This document shows positions 46,868 to 56,935 of a stretch of 64,000 bases of DNA, piece after piece (within the stretch, counting starts at the first letter, position 1; each line of letters starts with the position of its first letter). The notes under the pieces were generated by a model. The model was not told the DNA's origin. It saw only the letters and a program-made list of their open reading frames with translations, and did no database searches. The stretch covers positions 23,758-87,757 of the forward strand of contig JBAXIL010000001.1 of the NCBI GenBank assembly GCA_037138355.1, given 5' to 3'. Source of the stretch: a bacterium. Its GTDB lineage: Bacteria; Oederibacteriota; PGYV01; Palsa-1178. The position numbers and the translations under genes were made by a program.

Positions 46868-46900
46868 CAAAACGGCAGTCCGGGAACTGCCGTTTTTTTA
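46868..46900 (+). terminator. Intrinsic terminator after the PUR-like gene
   Basis: ACGGCAGT (46872-46879) pairs with ACTGCCGT (46886-46893), followed by a T7 run. Confidence 0.85.
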
Positions 46901-47031
46901 TTATATATGTGATTTTGATTAATTGCTTGTAAAACAAGAGTATTTATAGTATAAATTAACTATTGTTGTTATGTGGTTTATGTTGTTAACACATTATGAC
47001 CACTATTTTTTTGTTAAATTATGGAGAAGAT

Positions 47032-47625
47032 ATGATGACTGATACTCAAAAAAAGCTTGATGCGGTTGCTCAAAACCTTATAAATAAGCACTATAAGGTT
47101 CACAAAGCTGAGTCCGTCGATGAAGCAAGAATTCAAATATTAAATATTATTGGTAAGGATGATATTGTAGGAGTGGGTGGTTCGCTAACAATTAGAGCAG
47201 TAAATATCATAGAAGCCTTAATAAGTCGTGGTAATAAGGTGATACAACATTGGTTGCCTGAGGCAACTGTAGAAGAAGTGAAGGAGGCAAGGCGTCAAGC
47301 AGTAAGGCTTTCTGATGTGTATCTGACAAGTACAAACGCAATAACATTAGCTGGGGACCTAATCAATATAGACACTTATGGCAATAGAGTGGCTGCCATG
47401 ATATATGGACCGAAGAAAGTTATTATTGTAGCAGGATATAATAAAATAATGGAAAATACTGAAACTGCTTTTGCTCATATTCGAGACAAAACGGCAGTGA
47501 GAAATGCAATGCGTTTAAAAATAGACAATCCAAAGGGGTTTTGTAAGGTCGCGACTATTATTTATGATAAGCCAACTGATACGGATATTACCATAATACT
47601 AATAAATAACGAACTCGGTTTTTGA
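47032..47625 (+). CDS. LUD-domain (LutC/YkgG-like, DUF162) protein
   Basis: Start at ATG 47032 (RBS ggagaag). Motifs IVGVGGSLT, VYLTSTNAITLAGDLIN.D..GNR, KVIIVAGYNKI. Confidence 0.7.
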   Translation: MMTDTQKKLDAVAQNLINKHYKVHKAESVDEARIQILNIIGKDDIVGVGGSLTIRAVNIIEALISRGNKVIQHWLPEATVEEVKEARRQAVRLSDVYLTSTNAITLAGDLINIDTYGNRVAAMIYGPKKVIIVAGYNKIMENTETAFAHIRDKTAVRNAMRLKIDNPKGFCKVATIIYDKPTDTDITIILINNELGF

Positions 47626-47648
47626 TTTTAAAAAAATAAGGAGCTAAT

Positions 47649-49763
47649 GTGAAAAAACAAATCAGCTTAGACGGAAACTGGCAATTCACTCACAATGGAA
47701 AACAATCGGAAATAAAAGTACCTTCAAATTGGTATTTGCAGGGACAAGATATATCAGGAGTTGCAGATTACAGTAGAACTTTTACTTTCAAAAAACAAGC
47801 TAATAAGAAGTATTTTGTCGTTTTTAAAGGAGTTGATTATTTTTGCGAAGTAAAGCTAAATGGAAAATTAGTAGGAAAACATGAAGGCTATTTTCAAAAG
47901 TTCAGGTTTGAGATTACTGGAGTTTTAAAAAATGGAAATAATAGTATAGAAGTGTTGGTTAATTCTCCGTTAGAAAGTAAAGCGATATGGCCAAATGCAA
48001 AGTATTTAATTAAAGGAATTTTTAACCATCATGATGCACGACCTGGTTCGTGGAGTAAAAGTCGCGGACAAGAAATGAACACTGGTGGTATATGGAATGA
48101 TGTCTTTGTGGAAGTCGTTGACGCGGTGGAAATTGAAAGAGTGAAGATAACACCTTTGCTTAAAGATGATGGCGTGTGGAATGTGGGAGCAGAGCTTATT
48201 ATAAATAATTATACAGAAAAAATAATAGCTTCAGAATTAAGCGGAGTGATTGAGCCTTATAATTTTAAAGGTAAGTCCAAAAATCTTAAAAGAAATATTA
48301 CGCTATATCCAGGTAAAAATATAGTTATGTTACATACAGATGTAAAGAATCCAGCATTGTGGTGGACATGGGATTTTGGAAAACCTAATCTCTATAAATT
48401 TATTTATGTGATTAAAGCTGGTACAGCGATAGATAAGTATTCTGATATAAGTGGTATCAGGGAGTTTAAAAAAGCAGAGGATAGAGCTTGGTATTTAAAT
48501 GGCAAGAAGCTATTTATTAGAGGCACAAACATTATTCCAACTCAAATGCTTTCTGAATATACTCAAGAAAAGGCAAAAAAAGACATAGACATGCTTGTTA
48601 ATGCTAATTTGAATATGGTTAGAATACATGCTCATGTTAATCGTAAGGAGCTATATTATGAAGCAGATAAAGCAGGCATTATGGTATGGCAGGATTTTGC
48701 GCTGCAATGGGGATATGAAACTACTGATACCTTTATGGAAAATGCAGTGTCGCAGATAAAAGATATGATAAATCAGCATTATAATCGTCCTTCAATTACT
48801 TTTTGGTGTTGTCATAACGAGCCTTTTGTAAGTGAAAAGCAACTTGATCCAGTTTTATATATTAAAGCAAGAGAAGAGGATTCAGTGCGTTATATTGAAA
48901 AAGCATCAGATTTCAATCAACATTATTATCCAGGATGGTATTACGATAATACACCAGAGAATTTTTATTTAGATACAGTTAATGCTGAAAAAAGATTTAT
49001 TATTTCTGAATATGGAGCTGAAGCACTACCATGTAATGAAACTATGCAAAAAATGATGAAACCTGCTGATTTATGGCCACCGAACTGGAAAGAGTGGGAG
49101 TATCATGATTTTCAACCAGAGCAAACTTTTAATACTGCAAGAATACAAATGGGAGATTCATTGGAAGAGTTCATTGAAAACTCACAGCAGTATCAGGCAG
49201 ATATTATTAAAACCCATACTGAAACATACAGGCTTGGCAGATACAAATTTTTAAACGGCATATTGCATTTTATGTTCTGCGAATGCTGGCCGTCTATCAC
49301 TTGGGCTGTTGTTGATTATTATAGATTGCCGAAGAAAGGATATTTTGCACTTAAGACAGCTATGCAACCTGTATATCCTGGCTACCGCCTCGTGCGAAAC
49401 ACTAAGTCAAAAGGAGAGCGCTTGAGTTGGGGAGTTCTATGGGATCCATTTTTCATTATTAATGATTTACCAAAGGATTTGCATGATATTAAAGTTGAGA
49501 TAATATTAACAGATGCGGCTGGCACAATGTATAAAAAAGAATCAAGAAAAATAGAGACTATAAAAGCGGATTCAATTACATATCCTTTTTCAGGGCCACA
49601 ACTTGAAGCTTTTGAAAAAGATCCATTTGAAATTCCTAAAAACGCTGCACTTGGTTGGGGTAAGATTTCGCTGAAACTTTATGATGCTAAAGGAAAAGTT
49701 ATGGCAGAAAACGATTATAAGCTTGAACTTACGGATCGCTTAAGTCAGCCGTTTGGAGAGTAA
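47649..49763 (+). CDS. Glycoside hydrolase family 2 (beta-mannosidase / exo-glucosaminidase-like), no signal peptide
   Basis: GTG start after AAGGAG. Motifs LDGNWQF, sugar-binding VVFKGVDYFCEVKLNGKLVGKHEGYF, TIM barrel with MVRIHAH and WCCHNEP (acid/base NE), ISEYGAEA (nucleophile). Confidence 0.8.
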   Translation: MKKQISLDGNWQFTHNGKQSEIKVPSNWYLQGQDISGVADYSRTFTFKKQANKKYFVVFKGVDYFCEVKLNGKLVGKHEGYFQKFRFEITGVLKNGNNSIEVLVNSPLESKAIWPNAKYLIKGIFNHHDARPGSWSKSRGQEMNTGGIWNDVFVEVVDAVEIERVKITPLLKDDGVWNVGAELIINNYTEKIIASELSGVIEPYNFKGKSKNLKRNITLYPGKNIVMLHTDVKNPALWWTWDFGKPNLYKFIYVIKAGTAIDKYSDISGIREFKKAEDRAWYLNGKKLFIRGTNIIPTQMLSEYTQEKAKKDIDMLVNANLNMVRIHAHVNRKELYYEADKAGIMVWQDFALQWGYETTDTFMENAVSQIKDMINQHYNRPSITFWCCHNEPFVSEKQLDPVLYIKAREEDSVRYIEKASDFNQHYYPGWYYDNTPENFYLDTVNAEKRFIISEYGAEALPCNETMQKMMKPADLWPPNWKEWEYHDFQPEQTFNTARIQMGDSLEEFIENSQQYQADIIKTHTETYRLGRYKFLNGILHFMFCECWPSITWAVVDYYRLPKKGYFALKTAMQPVYPGYRLVRNTKSKGERLSWGVLWDPFFIINDLPKDLHDIKVEIILTDAAGTMYKKESRKIETIKADSITYPFSGPQLEAFEKDPFEIPKNAALGWGKISLKLYDAKGKVMAENDYKLELTDRLSQPFGE

Positions 49764-49794
49764 GTAGGTTTTGTTTTAAAAATGGAGGAATAGC

Positions 49795-51027
49795 ATGAAA
49801 CAAAACGCAACACCTTTAACTGACGAAACAAAGCGTGCGTTTCAATTAATAATATTTTTTGGTCTTATCAGTCTTTTTGGCGATATAGTTTATGAAGGGG
49901 CAAGAGCTGTAAACGGACCTTATTTAAAAACGCTTGCTGCAAATGCTGCTATGGTAGGTTTGATTGCTGGGTTTGGTGAGTTTGCAGGTTATGCGTTAAG
50001 ACTTTTATCAGGATATTATGCAGATAAAACAAAAGCATATTGGGCATTTACATTTGTTGGATATGGATTAATTATTGCTATACCATTATTATCATTAACT
50101 GGCATATGGCAAATGGCTGCTGTTTTTATGGTTTTAGAGAGAATAGGCAAAGGCATTAGGGCTCCTGCTAAGGATTCAATAGTTTCAAGTGCAGCTAAAA
50201 GAGTTGGAACTGGAAAGGGTTTTGCAATACAGGAAGTTATGGATCAGTTTGGTGCTTTGCTTGGTCCTTTGATTTTTGCTGGTTACTTTGCTTTGACAGG
50301 TGGCGAAATTAAGGTAGCAAAAGATTATCAGCATGCTTATGGTCTTTTTTGGATTCCGTTTTTGCTCGTTATGATTTTTGCAGTTATTGCTTATATGAAA
50401 GTCCCTGATCCTTCAAAACTTGAACCTCCCAAGAAAATTACAGATCCTGATAAAATTACCAAATTATTTTGGATTTACACTATATTTTCATTTATAACTG
50501 CATTTGGTTTTATGAACTTTGCCATTATAGGTTTTCATTTTAAGTCACAAAATGTTCTAAGTGATGTCTCAATCCCAATATATTATGCAATTGCTATGGC
50601 TGTAGATGGCGTTGCCGCATATATTATGGGGATGTGGTACGATAAACTCAAAGAAAAATTTAATCATCATGGAGGAGGACTTGCGACCTTGATTGTACTT
50701 CCTATATTATCAGCACTTATTCCGTTTTTTGCTTTTACAAAGAGTCCTGTTCTTGCACTTGTATCTGCGATTTTATGGGGTATTGTAATGGGTGGTCATG
50801 AGACTATAATGAAAGCTGCTATTGCGGATATTACACCATTGAAAAAAAGAGGGACTGGATATGGTATATTCAATTTTTCTTATGGTTTAGCCATGCTCGG
50901 AGGTGCATATCTTACGGGCCTTCTGTATGATATATCAATACCAGTTTTATGTTGGTCGGCTGTGTTTGTGCAGATAATTGCTATTGTAGTATTTTTTATA
51001 TTAAAAAAAGAAATAAGGACAACATAA
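49795..51027 (+). CDS. MFS transporter (12 TM)
   Basis: About 12 hydrophobic segments and the loop motif LLSGYYADKT. Confidence 0.75.
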   Translation: MKQNATPLTDETKRAFQLIIFFGLISLFGDIVYEGARAVNGPYLKTLAANAAMVGLIAGFGEFAGYALRLLSGYYADKTKAYWAFTFVGYGLIIAIPLLSLTGIWQMAAVFMVLERIGKGIRAPAKDSIVSSAAKRVGTGKGFAIQEVMDQFGALLGPLIFAGYFALTGGEIKVAKDYQHAYGLFWIPFLLVMIFAVIAYMKVPDPSKLEPPKKITDPDKITKLFWIYTIFSFITAFGFMNFAIIGFHFKSQNVLSDVSIPIYYAIAMAVDGVAAYIMGMWYDKLKEKFNHHGGGLATLIVLPILSALIPFFAFTKSPVLALVSAILWGIVMGGHETIMKAAIADITPLKKRGTGYGIFNFSYGLAMLGGAYLTGLLYDISIPVLCWSAVFVQIIAIVVFFILKKEIRTT

Positions 51028-51030
51028 AAC

Positions 51031-52305
51031 ATGTCAAATATACAAATGCAAAAAAAAATGAAAGATGGTTTTGATGAAAAAACCTTCAAGCTTGTTAAAG
51101 ACATAGGTGCCTTGGCTGATAAATATAGTTTTAGGGCATATATTGTAGGTGGTATGGTTAGGGATATATTTTTAAATAGAAAGACAGTGGATGTAGATGT
51201 GGTGGTTTTAGGTAATGGAATGAAATTTGCAAAAATAATTGCAGATGAATTAAAAGGGGCATACAAAGAGTTTGAAAAGTTTAAAACTGCAAAGATCTTT
51301 TTTAAAAATAATTGGGTAGATATCTCAAGTGCCAGGGCAGAAACTTACGAAAAATCTGGGGCGCTTCCGACGGTTAGTTTAAGTTCATTGAAAGAGGATT
51401 TGTATCGCAGAGATTTTACTATAAACTCTATGGCTATTTCCATAAACAAAGATAATTTCGGAGAACTTTTTGACTATTTTTGTGGAACTTTGGATATGAA
51501 TAATAAGATATTAAGGACTATGCACGACAAAAGTTTCATCGATGATCCTACAAGAATACTTAGAGCTATTCGTTTTGAAACCAGATTTGGTTTTAAAATA
51601 GAAAAACGAACATTGGATTTACTACAAAATAGCCTGAGACATAATATTTTTAACAATTTATCAGGAGAGAGGCTTAGGGAAGAGCTATTTAGAATATTTG
51701 ATGAACCATCTCCGCTTAAAGCTATTAAGCGTTTGAAAATATTAGGAGTGTTAACAAAAATAAATCCTAATATACAAGTTGATTTGCCGTCTTTTAAGCT
51801 GTTTTCGATAATTGCTTCGTCACGCAAATTAATTATAGGTTACAAGGCACAGCTTAGAAATCTATATCTAATGGCATTGTTGGAAAATATGCAAATAAAC
51901 GAAGTCGAAAAAATTACTAAAATGTTAAAACTAAGTAATGAACAGAAAGTTGCAATTACTCATTCGATTGAATTGCAACAATTACCTAAGAGAGGTCTTT
52001 CTGATATTAGTCAAAGTGATAGCGGGCTATATTTTCTGTTGCAAAAATATAATACAGAAGCAATTATATACTTCATGCTTATGCAGAACAACAAGAAACA
52101 AACATTAGGAATTAAACGTTTTATTGATAAATTGCAGTATGTAAAGATTCAAGTTGGCGGTGCGGATTTAAAGGATTTCGGTTTAAAACAAGGTCCTGAA
52201 TATAAACATATATTAGATTTGGTTTTAAAGGCAAAGCTTGATGGGGAAGTTGACAATAGGGAAGAACAATTGCGTTTGATCAAGAGAATATTAAAAGGTC
52301 AATAA
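51031..52305 (+). CDS. tRNA nucleotidyltransferase / poly(A) polymerase family protein (CCA-adding-like)
   Basis: AYIVGGMVRDIFLNRKTVDVDVVV, ARAETY, RRDFTINSMA, DPTRILRAIRF. Confidence 0.8.
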   Translation: MSNIQMQKKMKDGFDEKTFKLVKDIGALADKYSFRAYIVGGMVRDIFLNRKTVDVDVVVLGNGMKFAKIIADELKGAYKEFEKFKTAKIFFKNNWVDISSARAETYEKSGALPTVSLSSLKEDLYRRDFTINSMAISINKDNFGELFDYFCGTLDMNNKILRTMHDKSFIDDPTRILRAIRFETRFGFKIEKRTLDLLQNSLRHNIFNNLSGERLREELFRIFDEPSPLKAIKRLKILGVLTKINPNIQVDLPSFKLFSIIASSRKLIIGYKAQLRNLYLMALLENMQINEVEKITKMLKLSNEQKVAITHSIELQQLPKRGLSDISQSDSGLYFLLQKYNTEAIIYFMLMQNNKKQTLGIKRFIDKLQYVKIQVGGADLKDFGLKQGPEYKHILDLVLKAKLDGEVDNREEQLRLIKRILKGQ

Positions 52306-52464
52306 TGCTTTAGCCTTGGTGTTTTTTGATATGTCTTTTGTTTATTCGCCCATGTTTACCTATGAATAGCTGATTTTATAGAGTTTTAATTATCATTTAT
52401 TATAAAAGTACTGTTTCCCAAGCCGAAACGCAAACTATCAAAAACCCTGACAACATAAAAATGC

Positions 52465-52493
52465 TTGACAAATAACACTAATTATTATATTCT
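52465..52493 (+). promoter_or_regulatory. Candidate sigma-70 promoter for rplM-rpsI
   Basis: TTGACA (52465-52470). The -10 is either TATATT (52486-52491, 15-nt spacer) or TATTCT (52488-52493, 17-nt spacer). Confidence 0.35.
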
Positions 52494-52567
52494 TCTTTAT
52501 CCTATTGTCAGTTAAAGGCATAAGGAATTTTGTTTTTTCAATAGCTTATAGGAGGACTTTAAGAATT

Positions 52568-53014
52568 ATGAAGACATTTATGGCAAGACCGCAGGATGTA
52601 GTAAGAAAATGGTATATTGTTGATGCTGAAAACGAGATACTTGGAAGATTGGCAACAAGAATAGCTGATACATTAAGAGGAAAAAAGAAAGTTACTTTTA
52701 CTCCGCATGTAGACACAGGCGATTTCGTTATCGTTATTAATGCAGAAAAAGTAAGACTTACCGGTAAAAAATCCGATAAAAAAGTATATCAGTCACACAG
52801 TTTATATCCGGGTGGTTTTAAAGAAGAAGAATACAAACATATTTTAGCTACACATCCAGAAAAAATTCTCAAAGCTGCTGTACGCGGTATGCTTCCAAAA
52901 ACAAAGCTTGGCGATCAGGTATTTAAAAAATTCAGAGTATATAAAGGTACAAAGCACCCGCATACTTCTGTGGTTCTTGAACCATTAAAGGCAAATTTCC
53001 AAGGAGGAAAGTAA
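52568..53014 (+). CDS. rplM: 50S ribosomal protein L13
   Basis: Start at ATG 52568 gives MKTFMARPQDVVRKWYIVDAENEILGRLA, the canonical L13 N-terminus. GGAGG lies 12 nt upstream. Confidence 0.95.
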   Translation: MKTFMARPQDVVRKWYIVDAENEILGRLATRIADTLRGKKKVTFTPHVDTGDFVIVINAEKVRLTGKKSDKKVYQSHSLYPGGFKEEEYKHILATHPEKILKAAVRGMLPKTKLGDQVFKKFRVYKGTKHPHTSVVLEPLKANFQGGK

Positions 53015-53015
53015 A

Positions 53016-53402
53016 TTGAGCACAAGTTACGGTACAGGTAGAAGAAAAAACGCCATAGCAAAAGTATGGGTAAAAACAGGAACTGGAAAAATAATTGTAA
53101 ATAATAAAGATGTAAAAGAATATTTCCCAAGAGGTACACATGTGGACCACTTGGTAGCACCGCTTGAAGCAGCAGGAGTTACAGGAAAGTTTGATGTGAA
53201 GGTAACAGCATTAGGTGGCGGTAAGACAGGACAATCAGGTGCTATAAGAATGGGTATTGCAAGGGCTTTGGGTAAACTTGATGAAACAATGAAAGTTACT
53301 TTGGCTAAGGGCGGCTTTATGACGAGAGATGATAGAATGGTAGAAAGAAAAAAATACGGAAGAGCAAAGGCAAGAAGAAGCTATCAGTTCTCGAAAAGAT
53401 AA
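53016..53402 (+). CDS. rpsI: 30S ribosomal protein S9
   Basis: GTGRRKNAIAKVWV and the C-terminal DDRMVERKKYGRAKARRSYQFSKR. Confidence 0.95.
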   Translation: MSTSYGTGRRKNAIAKVWVKTGTGKIIVNNKDVKEYFPRGTHVDHLVAPLEAAGVTGKFDVKVTALGGGKTGQSGAIRMGIARALGKLDETMKVTLAKGGFMTRDDRMVERKKYGRAKARRSYQFSKR

Positions 53403-53423
53403 TTATTTATTTACATATATATA

Positions 53424-53456
53424 CAAAGGCCGGGTTATCCCGGCCTTTGCTATTTA
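53424..53456 (+). terminator. Intrinsic terminator after rpsI
   Basis: CAAAGGCCGGG (53424-53434) pairs with CCCGGCCTTTG (53439-53449), followed by a T-rich but interrupted tail. Confidence 0.65.
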
Positions 53457-53570
53457 TATAGGAAATAATATTGTATGTAGTGTCTTGAATTTTAGTATAT
53501 AATGACAAAATACAAGCAGTTCTATTTTGGTTTAATGAATATGATTATTTAAATATTATAGGAGTTATTT

Positions 53571-56500
53571 ATGGCTAAACAACAAAAACAAAAGTTCCCA
53601 TATCAGGACACAAAGCTTTCTTTTGAAGAACGCGTTAATGACCTTGTGTCCAGAATGACTTCTGAAGAAAAAGTATCTCAAATGCTACATAATTCACCTG
53701 AAATAAAACGACTTGGAATAATGAAGTATGATTGGTGGAACGAATGTCTTCATGGTGTGGCGCGTGCTGGGATTGCTACTGTGTTTCCGCAGGCAATTGG
53801 TTTGGCTGCGACATTTAATGAGGAACTTATAAATAGCGTGGCAAATGCAATTTCTGATGAGGCTCGCGCAAAATATCATAAAGCAATTAATGAAGGGGTT
53901 AGAGAAACATATTATGGTTTGACTTTTTGGTCGCCAAATATAAATATTTTTCGTGACCCTCGTTGGGGCAGAGGGCAAGAAACTTATGGAGAGGATCCAT
54001 ATCTAACTTCCCGTATTGGAGCAGCTTTTGTAAAAGGGCTGCAGGGAAATGATACAAAATATTTGAAAACAGCAGCTTGTGCAAAGCACTTTGCGGTGCA
54101 TAGTGGCCCAGAAGCACTGAGACATACTTTTGATGCAATAGTAACAGAAAAAGATTTGAGGGAAACATATTTGCCTGCTTTTAAAACTCTTGTTAAAGAA
54201 GCTAAAGTGGAAGCTGTTATGGGCGCTTATAATAGAACACTTGGAGAGTCGTGTGTTGCAAGTAAGCGTTTATTGACAGATATACTTCGTAATGAATGGG
54301 GTTTTAATGGCCATGTCGTCTCTGATTGTGGGGCAATACAAGATATATATCAAAGTCATAAATTGACAAAAACTGCAGCCGAAGCTGCAGGATTAGCGAC
54401 GATAAATGGATGTGATTTGAACTGTTGTCTTTCACAATCACAATGTTCAGAAGCGGATAAAGGGCTTAAAAAAGCAATGGAGTATTCAATACTTGATCAA
54501 TCATACATAGACAGAGCTGTTAAGCGTTTGTTAATGACGCGTTTTAAGTTAGGTATGTTTGATTTGGACAAAAATGTAAAATATTCAAAGATTCCGTATA
54601 GTGTTGTGGATTCACCAAAACACAGACAGCTCGCACTTGAAACAGCAAGGCAATCTATAGTGTTGTTGAAAAATGAAGGGGTTCTGCCTCTGAAAAATAT
54701 AAAATCAATAGGTATTGTCGGTCCTAATGCGGATGATGTCGAAGCATTGCTTGGTAATTATTATGGGTCTCCTTCAAAGTGGTTGACACCCCTTGCCGGA
54801 ATTAAAAAAATCGTAGGTAGTAAAGTGAAGGTTACATATATAAAAGGATGTAATATTAAAGATGTGTATTCAGATCACTTGACTGCTTTAAAGGAAACAT
54901 TTAAGAATGTGGATGTTATAACTGCTTTTCTTGGTTTAAATGCAATGGTTGAGGGTGAAGAGGGAGCAGGAGATGGTGACAGGCAAGAAATATCACTTAT
55001 GCCAGCACAGACAAAAATGCTTGAAGTTTTATGTTCGTTAGGAAAACCTGTAATTGTAATTTTATTAAATGGTAGCGCGATAGCTTTTGATATAAATCAG
55101 AATAATATTAAAGCTGTTATAGAAGCATGGTATCCTGGAGAAGAAGGCGGCACCGCAATAGCTGAAGTGCTTTTCGGTAAATATAATCCTGCAGGTAGAC
55201 TTCCTATAACATTTTACAAGTCAGTACAGGATTTACCTGATTTTAGAGATTATAGAATGGACAATAGGACTTACAGATATTACAAAGGCGAGCCACTTTT
55301 TCCTTTTGGCTTTGGATTGTCATATACAAAGTTTGAATATACAAAGTTGAAAGTTCAGAAAAATATATCACCGGATAAGACCTTAAAGGTGTCAGTTGAA
55401 GTCAAGAATGTTGGTACTATGGACGGGGATGAAGTAGTACAAATATATATAAAAACACCATTAAATACGGAGGCCACTCCTTTGCTTTCGCTTTGTGCAA
55501 TGAAACGGTTAAGTTTAAAAAAGAAGACAAAAAAAAATATAGAGTTTATTATAGAGCCTGAACAAATTGGTGTTTATATGAGGGATGGTTCTTTTAACCA
55601 AATATCAGGAACTTATACGCTGTGTGTTGGCGGGGTTCAACCAGGTTATGAGAAAACGGCGTATAGCACAGAAGTATTAAGTAAACGCTTTAATCTAAGT
55701 AATAATAAAAAATTAAAGCAGGCTTCAACAGCAACAAAATATAGCGGATTGCAGGTTAAAGGCAGACATATATATGATTCCAATGAAGAGAAGCTTGTAA
55801 TACGAGGTGTAAACAAAATGGTTGTTTGGTTGGATCCAGACGGCATACCTTCATTTTCTGAAATAGCTAAAACTGGTGCTAATTGTGTAAGAATAGTTTG
55901 GAGTGTTAAAGACGGGACTATGGAAGGATTAGATATTGCAATACAAAATTGTGTAAAATATAAAATGATTCCTGTTATAGAACTTCATGACCACACTGGA
56001 AATTGGGATGATTCAGTTTTTGAATTATTTAATAACTATTGGACAGACCCAAAAATGTTATCAATTATTAAAAAACACGAAAGCTATTTAATTATAAATT
56101 ATGCAAATGAAATTGGAAATAATCTTGTTACTAATTTAGATTACAAGAAACGCTATAACAATGCTGTTAAAACACTAAGAAAAGCTGGAATAAGAGTCCC
56201 CCTAATGATAGATGCAGCCGCTTGGGGTACTGGCATGAATTATATTACTGATAATTGGGAATATCTGCAGAAAAATGACCCACTTCATAATTTGATTTTT
56301 AGCATACATATGTGGTGGAACGATGGAGATTCTAAAAGGATAAAAGATGCTATATGGAACTCCGTAAAAACTGAAATACCTTTAGTGGTTGGTGAGTTTG
56401 CTGTTGCTGGCATTGATAATAAAGGCTTAATTTGTTATCAAACTATAATTGCCGAATGTCAAAAAGCTCAAATCGGATGGTTGGCGTGGGAGTGGGGTCC

Positions 56501-56636
56501 TGGAAACATGCACGGTAATCTTATGGATATGACCAAAAACAATAAATATGAAAGTTTGTGGGGCTGGTCTAAAGAAGTTTGCGTAAGTAGTCCTTATAGC
56601 ATTAAAAACACATCAATAAAACTTGATATATTTTAG
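53571..56636 (+). CDS. Two-catalytic-domain glycosidase: GH3 (beta-glucosidase/xylosidase-like with Fn3-like domain) fused to a C-terminal GH5 (mannanase/cellulase-like) domain, no signal peptide
   Basis: GH3: FRDPRWGRGQETYGEDP, KHFAVHSGPE, VVSDCGAI, GDEVVQIYI. Linker NNKKLKQASTATKY. GH5 from ~55750: LQVKGRHIYDSNEEKLVIRGVN, ELHDHTGNWD, NYANEIGN (acid/base), VVGEFAV (nucleophile). Confidence 0.8.
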   Translation: MAKQQKQKFPYQDTKLSFEERVNDLVSRMTSEEKVSQMLHNSPEIKRLGIMKYDWWNECLHGVARAGIATVFPQAIGLAATFNEELINSVANAISDEARAKYHKAINEGVRETYYGLTFWSPNINIFRDPRWGRGQETYGEDPYLTSRIGAAFVKGLQGNDTKYLKTAACAKHFAVHSGPEALRHTFDAIVTEKDLRETYLPAFKTLVKEAKVEAVMGAYNRTLGESCVASKRLLTDILRNEWGFNGHVVSDCGAIQDIYQSHKLTKTAAEAAGLATINGCDLNCCLSQSQCSEADKGLKKAMEYSILDQSYIDRAVKRLLMTRFKLGMFDLDKNVKYSKIPYSVVDSPKHRQLALETARQSIVLLKNEGVLPLKNIKSIGIVGPNADDVEALLGNYYGSPSKWLTPLAGIKKIVGSKVKVTYIKGCNIKDVYSDHLTALKETFKNVDVITAFLGLNAMVEGEEGAGDGDRQEISLMPAQTKMLEVLCSLGKPVIVILLNGSAIAFDINQNNIKAVIEAWYPGEEGGTAIAEVLFGKYNPAGRLPITFYKSVQDLPDFRDYRMDNRTYRYYKGEPLFPFGFGLSYTKFEYTKLKVQKNISPDKTLKVSVEVKNVGTMDGDEVVQIYIKTPLNTEATPLLSLCAMKRLSLKKKTKKNIEFIIEPEQIGVYMRDGSFNQISGTYTLCVGGVQPGYEKTAYSTEVLSKRFNLSNNKKLKQASTATKYSGLQVKGRHIYDSNEEKLVIRGVNKMVVWLDPDGIPSFSEIAKTGANCVRIVWSVKDGTMEGLDIAIQNCVKYKMIPVIELHDHTGNWDDSVFELFNNYWTDPKMLSIIKKHESYLIINYANEIGNNLVTNLDYKKRYNNAVKTLRKAGIRVPLMIDAAAWGTGMNYITDNWEYLQKNDPLHNLIFSIHMWWNDGDSKRIKDAIWNSVKTEIPLVVGEFAVAGIDNKGLICYQTIIAECQKAQIGWLAWEWGPGNMHGNLMDMTKNNKYESLWGWSKEVCVSSPYSIKNTSIKLDIF

Positions 56637-56644
56637 GAATAATA

Positions 56645-56935
56645 ATGAAAAAAAAGAAGAATTGGTCGGTATATATAGTAAGATGTAAAGACAATACTTT
56701 ATATACTGGTATTTCGAATAATATAAGCCATAGGTTGGAAGCTCATAATAATGGCAAGGGCGCAAAGTATATAAATTCAGCAAGACGACCTGTGAAATTA
56801 ATGTTTGTAGAAGAAGGTTATAATGTTAGTGGTGCTTTGAAAAGAGAATATGAAATAAAGCGTTCAGGAAAAATAGCAAAAGAAAAATTAATAAAGGTAA
56901 AAACTAAAGCTGTTAAAAAAAGGAAAAAAATATGA
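56645..56935 (+). CDS. GIY-YIG nuclease family protein (small, YhbQ/YazA-like)
   Basis: WSVYIVRCKDNTLYTGISNNISHRLEAHNNGKGAKY. Confidence 0.8.
   Translation: MKKKKNWSVYIVRCKDNTLYTGISNNISHRLEAHNNGKGAKYINSARRPVKLMFVEEGYNVSGALKREYEIKRSGKIAKEKLIKVKTKAVKKRKKI

Noticed and set aside
52502-52567. Possible autoregulatory leader hairpin before rplM (CTATTG 52502-52507 / CAATAG 52539-52544)
   Set aside because: It is only a 6-bp AT-rich stem in AT-rich sequence. I cannot match it to the known L13 leader motif by eye, and it is indistinguishable from chance without covariation data.
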